A DNA stretch of 64,000 nucleotides, from assembly GCA_016748015.1 (NCBI GenBank), contig JAAOMT010000400.1, positions 372,001 through 436,000 of the forward strand, in the 5' to 3' direction. Below, one piece after another: positions 13,025 through 24,680 of the stretch (its first letter is position 1; each line of letters begins with the position of its first letter). Position numbers and translations under genes: made by a program. Below the pieces are notes generated by a model. It did not search any database, had not been told where the DNA came from, and was given only the letters and a program-made list of their open reading frames with translations. The stretch comes from Geosiphon pyriformis uo1. Its lineage: Eukaryota; Fungi; Glomeromycota.

Positions 13025-13835
13025 AACTTGGTGCTCAATATCTTAATAATGCTGATAATACTGGTATATTGGTTGTATCTAAAGGTTTTTTAGAGTTGAG
13101 TCCTTTGTATAATGGACAAAAGTTCAATGATGATGTAGTTAGTTGGTGAGTTGTGTTTCCAATTTCTGTCTTCAGTGTGGTGGCTGGTTTATTTTGGCAG
13201 TTGTGCCCTTCTGATAAGCTATCTGTTAATATATATATAATTCTATTCTTATTTTTAGGTCTTTTATCAGGCTATCCATGATATCAATAATTCAGCACTT
13301 TAATTCCTAATCAATTAGTATACAACAATAAAATCAAAGAAAAAAAAAAATAAAAGAAATAAAGAAATGAGCCAAGACAATATGCAAGTTAGTATTCCAT
13401 CAATAGCTATAATCAAAAGCTATTGTTCCAGTGTGGTTAAGTGTTAATGACTATCAACACTTCATGTTGATAGTGGAGAGGGGATTGAAAATATTAAACA
13501 ATAATTATTTATTGATGTGGAAGGTTGTTTAAATTAAATCTAAACTGAGAGGTCTGTCTTTTCTACTTCTAATACTACTACTATATATACATAATTGAGA
13601 TTTTTCAATTCCTTAATTCTTCACACTGAAAATCCTGGAATTCCTGGAATCCTGCAATTTCTTTTGAGAAAAATTCTGAAATTCTGGAATCCTGTAATTC
13701 CTTGTACAAGAATTCTGAAATTCCTGGAATCCTGCAATTCTTCTTGAGAGGAATCCTGAAATTTCATATTTACTACAGTTACTTCTGATTGGCTAATTAA
13801 TATCTTAATATATTTCCTATATTCTATAAATAACA
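12979..13835 (-). repeat. 5' LTR of element B
   Basis: Matches 41-897; immediately followed on minus by the PBS. Confidence 0.92.
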
Positions 13836-15056
13836 GTAGTTGTATTGATTTTGGTGTTCTTGTTGGTATTTGTAGTCTTCTTTTTTCTTTGTCTGCAAAG
13901 ATAATAGGAAATTTTTATTTGGTGTACTTTTCAATTTTTTGGTTTATTTTTGTAATTAGAAGTACAAATAAATAGTTTTGTAACAGATTAGTGCTTTGAA
14001 ATAGTTCACTAAAAAAATTGTTAAAAGCAGATTCTGGATTTTTTTGGCCTTTTATATAGTATGCAATTCTCTTATTGATGTAACAATTGAAAACTAATTC
14101 TGCTGGCCAACTATTATTTGTCAATTCAAGATAATTTTAGTAATATTGGAATAAAAATTTTGTAAATCCCAAGTGGTTTGTCTCTATTTTTTTTAATTTT
14201 GTTACTGTTTCAGATAATTGCTGTTGGTGCTAATTTTCTGCTGAATTATACTTCACAGAAAGCACCAAATATTACAGATGCTTATTTGGATGGGTAGAAT
14301 AAACAACAAACTCATAACTTGGTGCTTAATTGGTTTACTGATTGGTAATATTTGAAGGTTTTGATTGAGTTCTTTGTATAATGGACAGAGATTTAATAGT
14401 TATTTTAGTAGTCTTTCAGAATTACAATTTCATCAATTTTTTTCTCAGCTTGGTGACCAGCAATTTTTTGGTAAGTAATTCTTAATTTCAAGTGTTTACC
14501 CTCTTGCAGAAGTCTTTTACAAGGCAATTTTTAACATTAGTAACTCAGTGCTTAATTTTTAATCAATTAGTATATAACAACAAAATAAATAAATAAATAA
14601 AATCAAAACATAAAAAGAAATAAGCCAAGGCAATAAAAAGTTAGTATTTTGTCAATAGCCTTAATCAAGAGCTATTGGTTTAGTGGAATTAGGTATTAAC
14701 AACTATCAACATTAATTGTTAATAATGAAAAGATGAATTATAATAATAATAGTATTTTTATTAATGTTTGATGTTTTTTATTTCAAGTTATAGAATACTA
14801 TTATATAAAAAGAGAATATGTAATTTGCAACTAGAGGTTCTAACTAAGGATTCTAGTTAGAAATTTTTCTCTTTCTGCTTCTAATTCTACCACTATATAT
14901 ACATAATTTTTGTTATACAAGATTTCTTGAGTTTCTTAATTTTTTAGCCAGAAATTCTGGAATTTTTAGAATCCTAAAATTCCATTTTTTACTGCATTTT
15001 ATTCTAATTGGATAATTTGTATACTAATATATAATTCTTATATTTTATGAGTAATA
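13836..15056 (-). mobile_element. 5' end of older related gypsy element A (LTR 14270-15056, PBS, gag start); continues at 1-40 and beyond the window
   Basis: LTR blocks shared with B and C; PBS TGGTGCTTTCTGTGA; ORF 13915-14124 homologous to 12539-12865. Confidence 0.82.
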
Positions 15057-18000
15057 TTGTGTTCTCAACTGTTTTAAACTTATGATATTTTAATTTTCTG
15101 TAGCTTTTTCTGATCAGAAATAATTGTTTCAATACTTTGCTCATATTCTTATTATTATAAACCAAAATATTAACTTTGAAAGCTTTCTTGTTATCAAAAG
15201 TAGACCAAATCTTGATAAGACAATTATACTCTAACTTACAATCTGTATTTGTTTTCTTTATTAGTAGCTTCAGATTACAAAATTTTAAAAATTAATCATA
15301 TTTTAAATACTTAAACTCATTAAACCAGTATTTAAAAAAATTTTATCTGCTAAATTAACCAATATCCCTCTTAAAACATTTCACATAATGTTCAAATTGC
15401 CAAGATTATTTGCAATATTGAAACCATTTATAACTTTCAACAAACTGATAGAGACACATTTTTGAAAACTATCCTATTTAGCATCATCCATATCTTTAAC
15501 TCTGAACTTCCAATGGTCTTTATTAATTTGCTTATAAATTGCGAACAAACACTTATTTAACAGACCACCCAGACCAAAAAAAATTATAATAGTCTTGTGA
15601 TTAGTATCAAAAAACTCAGACACATTATTAACATCTTGAACTATTATAGAAGATGAGAGATATTTACTAATAAAAATATAATCAATAATTTTCTTCATAC
15701 TTTGTAAATTGAATCATGTTAAAAGCTTAAAAACAATTTCACTCAAAAGAAAGTTACACAAACCCAAATCAAAACACTTTTTAGAACTTGTACTGTGTTT
15801 CTTTCTGTTTTTATTAAAATTATCATACAGCACAACATAAGAGCTTAAATTAATTGCTTTAACAACAAAAAAATTCATCTTATTGGCTTGATTAAACCAC
15901 ACATTAGCTAAAACACCAGCATACAAATTTATTAGCATAACAAAATATTTACTGCTAAACAGAAGATGTATCAAAATAAAACAGCTCAAAATTTTAGAAA
16001 CTTTGTATATATGCCAAGCCAAAAAGTTATTTATTACAATAGCCACTTTAACACCTATATACCTAGTGTTTAAACCAGAAACAAAAACTTTTATACTCTG
16101 AAATCTATCCTTAATCCAAGGTTTAACTTGATTTTTTAGCTTATTTTCAATGAAAAAAATAATCTAATTGTCAAACTTATTGTACTACCTGATAATATCA
16201 TTCTGTTTAGCCAAATTGTTTATTTTCTAGATATTACACATAGCAATCTTCCAAATAAAATTACTTATTAAGAAGAAAGAGACACTGATAAATCTGAACT
16301 AGCACATAACTAATCTAACTTTGCCAAAACTAAACTTACAAAGACCTTAAGAACTAATAAATTCAATTTTAGACTGTCTATCTTAATGGTCAAAATTTTT
16401 GAACTATTTAAGTCTAAAGCTAAAGCTGTATTATTTTTAACTGAAGGAAAAAGTATAAAAGACATATGTAAAATGTCTAAAATCATATTTAAATCTAAAT
16501 CTGAAACCAAAAGTATGGACATAACAAAAGAAGAAGACTAAAGGACAAATGCAAGTGGCACCAAGTCAACAATATTCAATTTTTTCACAATACTTAATAC
16601 TTGGTTAGCTAAAAGCTCTAAAAAACATTCCAAAAAGCCAGATAAGTGCCAATATACAAATCATTATGGACAGCTGAAACATCTATTTTATTGTATAATA
16701 TATTAGAAAAAAAAAAAAACCAAAACCAGAATCAGAACCAAAATAAGTACTATTCAGTAAAAAAGCAAGTGAGACTATTTGGATCCAAGATTTGCCACCA
16801 AAAACAGTAAAATAGAAAATAGAAACACTCTTTTTTGCATACAACTTGGCCAATTGAATATGATTTGCATTAGAAACAACTCTTTTAAATGTTTTCAAGA
16901 GTGCAGAAATAGATGCAATTAAAGTATTACACTTTAAAACAGAATGATCAAACTTTTTACATTTCTTATATTAAACCAGATTTATTCTAGTCCATAAGAG
17001 TTTTATACTACCAAAAACTGGTTTTATGCAAAAAATAGACTCCAACTCTTTATCTAATTCAAAACCAACTACAGTATAGCAAACTTGGTTGCCAGTTACA
17101 AGTAAGTAATATTACTGGAGGTTTTTGGTCTCTTTTCTTAAATGTTGTTAATATCTGTTTGTTGTGAATTCATGTTTTTTGGAAGCTAGTAAATCTTCAA
17201 TAACTGAATTTATTTTCAAATTATTTTCTATAATTTGAATTGCTGGGCTTATAAGTAGAATAGCCAATTTTATGCCAATTATTTTATGTAGTTACATTGT
17301 AGTAAATGTCAATTCTTTTTCAGAAATTGCTTATCTGAAAGCTTACTAAAAAATATGTAGTTATTTTGCTGTGAAAGTTAACTCTTCTACAAAAATCTTA
17401 TTTGTAGGCTATTTAATGATTATAATATAAAAAAAGAGAAAAAATAAAAGAAATGTAAAAGAAATAAAATTTTTGTTAAGGGAAACATTTTCTATTTAGG
17501 CTTAAAGTTACTAACAGATTTATTGAAATTGGTAGTTAATCAATTTTAAAACATTAGTTGAATTTTTGTGAATTTTAAATATAATAATTAAGGATTTGGT
17601 TTTCAAATATTTAATTTTTTTTTATTTGATTTTGTAAAAATGTATAAGGGATGATTTGTTCTAATAAAAATATTTAAAGTAAAATATATTTTTTTAAAGA
17701 GAAAAGCTCTTTTTTTATACAATTTGCTGTAATATTAGTTTTTGAATTTGCATTTTTTTTTGTTATAATTTTAGCAAACTAAAGATATATTTTGGTGAAT
17801 TACAAGTTATTTCTATAAACTATTGATTATTTCAGCGAATTTTTACTAATTTCAACCAATTTTTGAATATTAAATAATTTAGAGTATTGTGTAATTTGAT
17901 TATTTTAATTTCTATGATACAAATCAAATTATTAATTAAATAATAATATTTGATAATTTGATTAACTAATAAGTGATAATTGAAATAATAATAATATATA

Positions 18001-19240
18001 CTAATTAATTCTAAAAATTAGAAGAATAATTTCATGTTAATTAATAGCTAAAATTCTACTAATAATAATAATTAATAACACAGATTTTCTTATTAGTTTT
18101 ATTTAACAAAGTACCCAAATTATGAGTTGTTGTTTCTACAGACAAAGTAAACAAAAATGCTTTAAACTAATCTCTAAACATTCAAGTATTGCAATCTTTT
18201 ACAGCCATAGCCATATGTACTAAATTTTTCTTAATTAAAAATGACTATTTAGAAGTTAACTGTTTAACCTAATCCAATTTGGCAAATTTTACCACAGTTT
18301 TTTGTCACATCTCAATTAGTTAAACTATGATTGACTTAATTTGGCCAAATTCAGATATTGTAATAACAATCATATTTTTAAATATATTTATGAAATTTTT
18401 TTTAATTATTATGGTCTGATTTGAATGCACTTTTTGTTTCTTAATATTATTGTTTATAATAATTCCCTTATTTTTAATCAATAATACAGCCTTTTTTATG
18501 CTCTTTTCAAATATGAAAGTAAATCTGATAATCTCTTCAAATTTTGAAAAAATAATGATCACTCTCAAAATCATTAATAAATGAAAAAATTTTTCTGATA
18601 AAATAAGTCTTTGCCATAGTCAATTTTTTTTCTACTGCTAAAAAATCAATATTTAATGTAAAAGATTTCTTTATTGCCACCTCTACTTAAGTTTTTACTA
18701 TTTTTGAATCTATCTATTTTTTTTTCAGAAATATGTTAAGAAAGAAAAAAAAGATTTCTCTGTTTTATTCATGTTAAAGTCAATTTTTTTAAGAGGAAAA
18801 CCACATTTTAAGTTATTAACAATCTTTTTTGTTTTAAGAATTATTGTCACTGAACCAAGAAAAAAATTATTATCAACATTAGCTAAAACATTTTCATTAT
18901 TATTGTAACCAAATTTACTATTTATGTCCGAATACATACCTTTACTAAGACCAGGTTTGACCAAAAAAATATCTTTTTCATTACCAGAATGTTTAACATT
19001 ATTAATTGAAACTTTCTTCTTTTGAAAAAAAAAAATCTGTAACAGATTTATAAAACACCTTTTTGAATGCCTTTTTCTTAAACATATTGCTACCAAAAGC
19101 AGTTACCAAGTCCACCATAAAAAGATTACTTGCTTAAAAAATGTTAAAAATAATAAAACAAAAGAACAAAAATAAAAAAAACAAAAACTTCTTTTTCAAA
19201 AAAGCTCTTTAAAAAATTTGAAATTTAAAAGAAAAAAAAA
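15057..19240 (-). mobile_element. Degenerate LINE, 5' half (ORF1 + APE endonuclease), related to the LINE at 34.3-41.0 kb
   Basis: ORF remnants align with that element: SKF..IIR.TF, LA.LYAK, LYAG, D.FN, IDYIF, DHWKF; 5' boundary approximate. Confidence 0.82.
17110..18067 (-). mobile_element. Solo LTR of the element E family inserted in LINE ORF1
   Basis: Reverse complement of 50317-51298 with many C>T/G>A changes; TSD GTAA/ATAA. Confidence 0.9.
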
Positions 19241-19685
19241 TTATTATTTTACTGTTATGTTTTAAGAAAATTTTTACTGAGATAATGTTTCTACAAAAAC
19301 TTGTTTGTCAGCTTTTGCTATTAAAAGAATTTCTTGGGTATTATTTATGAATTTTTTTTATAATATAATAAGTAAGCTTATTATAAAATGATTTATTTAC
19401 AAAGACTTTTTAAAAATTTCCTTAAAAAGAACTGCCCATGACTAGGGATTAGTCAGTTAATATTGAAAAAAAAACCGACCTTCAAGTTTGGGGTGATAAA
19501 ACACGTATTTCTTTTGCTGGTGCTTTAGTTCTGGCTCCTCAGAAAGGTAAAATGAGCTGCTTGGTATTCCTGGAGAAACCCTTGAAGAGTGTCACAAAAA
19601 AGAATGTTGATATGAATGTGCTCATTTGCCTGTTCACTGCGTTCGACTGACCATTCTTGACGCGTGGCTTAAAAACAGCTTACAA

Positions 19686-21083
19686 ATGAATGAAAAATTT
19701 TCGCCAGCACTTTCTTCGTATTCTACAACTCCAAGTCCCAGTGACTACGACGACAACGATATTTCTATCGGTTGCCAGCTCTTTGTCGACATCAACCTTG
19801 AGAAGAGTTGTGAACGGGGATACCGCAAGGCCGAAGTTCTAAACTTACGAAAAGTGAAAAAAGAGTCAGGAGAAGATGAAAAAAAGTTCGATAACGAGGA
19901 AACGGAAATTGTCGAGCTACAATATTATGTTCATTTTGTTGAATTCAACAAGAGGTTGGATGAATGGGTGTCGATTGATCGGCTTGATTTCTCGAGACCA
20001 ATCGAACCTCCTAGAGCATCATTGACACCTATCAATGGAACTACGCCCCCAAATTTATCCATTATGTCGCCTAATGTGGGATCTCCATTGTACTTTGACA
20101 GCCCAGCCCTATCGCCTTCACCTTCACCTGTATCGCATTACAGTATAACTAAGGAGCAAGAGCTTGAAAAACTTCGACATGGAGGTGGAATGAGTGGAAC
20201 GCAATCGCATTTGTATCGGGTGAGGAATATTGAAAAAATCCAAATTGGGCGACATACAGTTTCACCGTGGTATTTCTCGCCATATCCTCAAGAGTTTTGC
20301 GAGTTGCCTATGATTTTCATCTGTGAATTTTGCCTTTCGTATTTTGGGAATGTTAATCATCTGAAACGGCATTTAGAGAAATGCAAATTAATGCATCCAC
20401 CTGGAAATGAGATATATCACGCTGACAATCCAAAAATTTCTTTCTTTGAAATCGATGGCCATCAGCAAAAAACATATTGCCGTAATCTATGTCTACTCTC
20501 CAAATTATTTCTTGATCATAAAACCCTTTATTACGACGTTGATCCATTCCTTTTCTATGTTATGTGTATTCGAGATAGCAAAGGATGTCACTTGATTGGG
20601 CACTTCTCTAAGGAAAAAGATAGTCAAGAGGGGCATAATCTTGCCTGCATTTTGACATTGCCTCAGTATCAGAGGCAAGGTTATGGGCGATTGCTGATTT
20701 CTTTTTCGTACGAGCTTTCCAAAGTGGAAGGTAAAATCGGAACTCCAGAAAAGCCTCTTTCCGATCTTGGACTTTTATCTTATCGGGCTTATTGGAGTGA
20801 AACAATATTCGATTTTTTGCTTGACAAGCATGAGCATAATGAAGAGATTTCAATCCAAGAGATCGCCGAAGATACTAAAATCGCGACCCCTGATATTTTG
20901 CAAACTTTACAAAGCCTTGGGATGTTGAGAACTTACAGAGGCCAACAAGTTATTTTATTGTCTGACAGCGTCTTGGCAGCACATAAGAAAGCAAAAAAGA
21001 AAAATCAATTTAAAATTGATACAGAACTTTTACAATGGTCACCACCTCGATTCACTGCGACTCAACTAAGATATGCGTATTAA
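19686..21083 (+). CDS. ESA1: MYST-family histone acetyltransferase, Esa1/Tip60-like (465 aa, intronless)
   Basis: Tudor-knot YYVHFVEFNKRLDEWV; C2HC CEFC...H...C; FLDHKTLYYDVDPF; ACILTLPQYQRQGYG; PEKPLSDLGLLSYRAYW; C-terminal WSPPRFT. First in-frame ATG is 19686; may be a paralog. Confidence 0.9.
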   Translation: MNEKFSPALSSYSTTPSPSDYDDNDISIGCQLFVDINLEKSCERGYRKAEVLNLRKVKKESGEDEKKFDNEETEIVELQYYVHFVEFNKRLDEWVSIDRLDFSRPIEPPRASLTPINGTTPPNLSIMSPNVGSPLYFDSPALSPSPSPVSHYSITKEQELEKLRHGGGMSGTQSHLYRVRNIEKIQIGRHTVSPWYFSPYPQEFCELPMIFICEFCLSYFGNVNHLKRHLEKCKLMHPPGNEIYHADNPKISFFEIDGHQQKTYCRNLCLLSKLFLDHKTLYYDVDPFLFYVMCIRDSKGCHLIGHFSKEKDSQEGHNLACILTLPQYQRQGYGRLLISFSYELSKVEGKIGTPEKPLSDLGLLSYRAYWSETIFDFLLDKHEHNEEISIQEIAEDTKIATPDILQTLQSLGMLRTYRGQQVILLSDSVLAAHKKAKKKNQFKIDTELLQWSPPRFTATQLRYAY

Positions 21084-23629
21084 ATCCAGTTGGAGCTCCT
21101 TAAGAAAGTTTAATTTAGTTATGTGGTGGCTATTAAAGTCTCAAAATTCTCATCGTGATGTTAGGTTACTTCGTTTGTTTATACTGGGATTTTTTTGATG
21201 AAAAAGTTCTTTAGAAATATCAAAAAGGCTTATAATTCTTTTTGGGCAAATAAAAGCCGATTTGATAAGAAAAAATAAAATTTGAAGTCAAGAGGAACGT
21301 AACAGAGAAGGACCATGCATCCTGATTAATTACTTCGACGTCCTTTAACAATTAAAAGAGCTGGATTTGATCGTTTGAAAAACTTTTCGCCTCTTCATGA
21401 CTATGCGTAATCTTCGCTCAAATCCGTTCCTATTACTTTCAAATAACCACAGACAATATTTTTCCACCAGCCTCCTGCGAAACTTTAATGATGGCAGCGT
21501 TATATTATGTGCCAAATGAAATGAGTTTCAACTTTAACTAAAATTAAAGTTGCAGGTTTTGGATAATAATTAGGCGCTCCATATAAGATTAATGGCTTAA
21601 TGATTCTGAGTAGGATGATTTTTCGGTGCTCGTGAATTTTCTTTCTTTAAATGGCAAATGATGATATTTGAAGATTCGTACCCTTTCTTTTACCACGGTA
21701 ATGTGTTACCTTGATTTATTTAACCTTAAATATCGAAAATTGTGAAGATTCCGATTGTTTGATTAAAAAACAGGGTTAATTTTTGATTCAAGATTTCATG
21801 ATTATCCTTTTTGACAGAGCCAGAAGTATATAATGCTTCTCAACAAGCAAGGGTATATCATTATCTTAAAATCACACTATCTTTGTGAAATATGACTCAA
21901 TCAAGATCTTGTTGAGAGGTTTTCATGGTTCTTGTTTTAAATTGAAAATTGACAAGGTATTTTTATATAATCACCGTCCAAGATTTTCCATTTCTTAAGT
22001 GGGTTAGGCCAAATATTTCCATGAAGATAAAGTAATTCCTCACCATATCAAAAAGGGGTTGTGAGAATTCATAAGTTGAATTGTTGGATGATTTAGAGAA
22101 AAGTTTCATCTGCTTTGGCATCATCCAAATTTATCTTTTCTTTTCTTTATCGATTACATAAATAGTTTTAGGTACAAATATGTGAATCAAAATTTCAATT
22201 TGCAATCCAGGTAAATTTTATAGATTATTCTGATCGCTATAAATTTGGGTTAATATCCTTCAGATTATTCATTATAATAGAATACTCGCTAAAATCTACC
22301 TGGCTTGGAAATTTTCCTTACAATCCACAAAATTGGCATCCGAAATGAAATTTTGGTTAATTAAAAATTAAGAAAAAAGGCTTCAATAAAAAAAATCATT
22401 ACCAACAAGGTTACATATTATAAAGAAATGACCTTTTTTTTTAAGTCGAAATTTTTTCTTCACTTAGTTGATTAAAATTTTTCTATTAGAATCTAATAAA
22501 GTAAATTTATTTTAACATGTTCGATCCAACGAGATTAGAGATTTTTGCTTAATATAAACACCGCAGTCTTGAGTTCAATAGTTTTTCCGACTGATTTCAA
22601 TCCTGCCAAAGCGGGTATTCAATCGTTGTATATTTTTTTGTTTAAGTTTTGAAACATAGATACGAAACTTTAATCAAAAAATTTCTTAATATTTAATACT
22701 GCCGCCTCTTTTAGGATTGTTGAATTGTTCGAAGAAAATTCTGATTTGTGACCAATTGCTATATAAAGATTAGCGGCGTTAAATGTGGAACATAATTATA
22801 TGATTGGCTAGTAATAGATAAATCATTCAAACATCACTTTTTACTTTGCCTTAAAAAAATTTGTATTAAAAAAAAAAATATATAATTTCGGGAAATGCAG
22901 AGGGTACTAGAATGGAATTTAATGGCGCGTATGGTTATGTCAAACTTAATGGGGTCTAATATATTTTTAAAGAAGAATCATCATTCCTGCTTTTTGCTTT
23001 CCGTGATAACAATGAAATTTTCGAAAAGTTTAGCTCCCCGACTGTTACTAGTCATACCTTTACATAATAGCCAATTTTTTGCATTATCAGATTTTATATA
23101 TGGCTTTTTTTTTTCTTATGGAAAAACTAGTTTCACTACATCACTATTACCAATTAAAAGTTGATTTACTAAGCCTAGCACATAGAAAAAAAATAAAAAC
23201 CATCACGCAAATCGAACCATGGGCCACAGAACTGTCACAGAAACTCACCATTACTCGCTCTTGTAGTGGTAGTAGTACTTAGTAATAATAGTCGGTTCTG
23301 AATTCCAGACCTTCTTTACCCTTCATTTTTTTTCGCTCTGGCTCTCCCTTTCTAAAGAGGAGGAGAGCAATAGCTACTCTTCTCCGTTCCTCCAACCGTT
23401 TTTTTTCTTTACGAAAAGAGTTAATTCTCTTTTTCTTGTCTTTTTTTTAAATTTTCCTTCCCCATACGAACCCCTTATTAACGTGTTGCTTTCCCTTTCG
23501 TTCTCTTCTCTATAAAACTTTTTTCCTTCTTTTTTCTCTTTTAACGTATTATTTTTTCGTTCTTGTTATTATTATAATATTATAGAGTATTGGATTTCTA
23601 GTCGCACCATCTAATAAAGTTTTTACGTA

Positions 23630-24628
23630 ATGCCTGGTGCGATCACTCAAATTGCTTATGACGGGTTGCCATCATCTTTTTATCGGACCGCTCCACACGC
23701 CATGATCCCAAACCAACAACACTATCATGCCCTGGCGGCTCATCAAATGCACCAAATCCAACAGCCCTCCCAAACACAACCACAAACAGCTCCACCACCG
23801 CAACAACAACCACCGCCACCACCTTCTACTCAAATTTATTCATCATCAGTGGTTGGGCCACAGGCTCATGAAACAAACAAACAACAATCTTTGACCAATC
23901 CTTCTTCACCTCAAACTTCAAGCACCGCAAAATTAGCAGAATTTGCCTCAAACATGGTTTATCAAATGTGGCATTTTAAAAGACCATCGTCCGCCTTGAT
24001 TGGTCAATTTGCTATACCTGTTCCTAATCCTCCATCCAACTTGTCCCCTAATGCAAGCACACAGTTTAAAAATTTTTGTAATCAGGTAAGAAAATCGGGC
24101 GATCGTGATACCTCAAAAGCTTATGCTTTTTATCGATTATGATTATTTTTGCCTCATTAATGATGGAAAGCGTACGAAATTAACATGTTTTTCCTTACTA
24201 TTGCAATTTATAGGTACTTCAACAAACCCAGATTTCGGAATCTGTGGTTCTTTTATCACTCAAGTATGTTCAAAAGCTTGTTAAAAGTGGGAGAATGTCT
24301 ACCGGTGATAAAGGTTCCGAATATCGTCTTTTCACTGTTGCACTCATGCTAGCAAATAAATTCTTGGATGATAATACGTTCACCAATAAAACTTGGTCTG
24401 AAGTGACGAATATCCCTGTGAAGGAGCTTAATATTATGGAATTGGAGTTTCTGGATAATCTAGATTTCAAATTGTTTGTCAGCGATACTGAATACAAACA
24501 TTGGTTACAATGTCTGAACGAATACACGCAAAGGCAACATCAGCAATTGTCATCACTTCATCAAAGAAACCGATCGTCTTCCGATTCAAATTCTTTAAGA
24601 AATGTGGCAGTCGCTGCAGCACAGCAGC

Positions 24629-24680
<52 letters not shown>

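Larger units (their letters stand above)
41..13835 (-). mobile_element. Full-length degenerate Ty3/gypsy LTR retrotransposon (element B), interrupted by element C
   Basis: 857-bp direct repeats at 41-897 and 12979-13835; PBS (TGGTGCTCTC on minus) beside 12979; purine tract beside 897; 4-bp TSD GTGG/GTAG; gag, protease, dUTPase, RT, RNase H and integrase remnants in gypsy order. Confidence 0.93.

Noticed and set aside
19626-19685. N-terminal extension of the MYST ORF from TTG
   Set aside because: Non-AUG start from the ORF caller; the in-frame ATG at 19686 is sufficient
22515-22620. tRNA-like sequence (TTCAATCC, CCGC/GCGG ends)
   Set aside because: Too short; no D-arm or anticodon arm can be folded
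21100-23290. Short ORFs between the MYST and cyclin genes
   Set aside because: No recognisable motifs and no consistent exon chain
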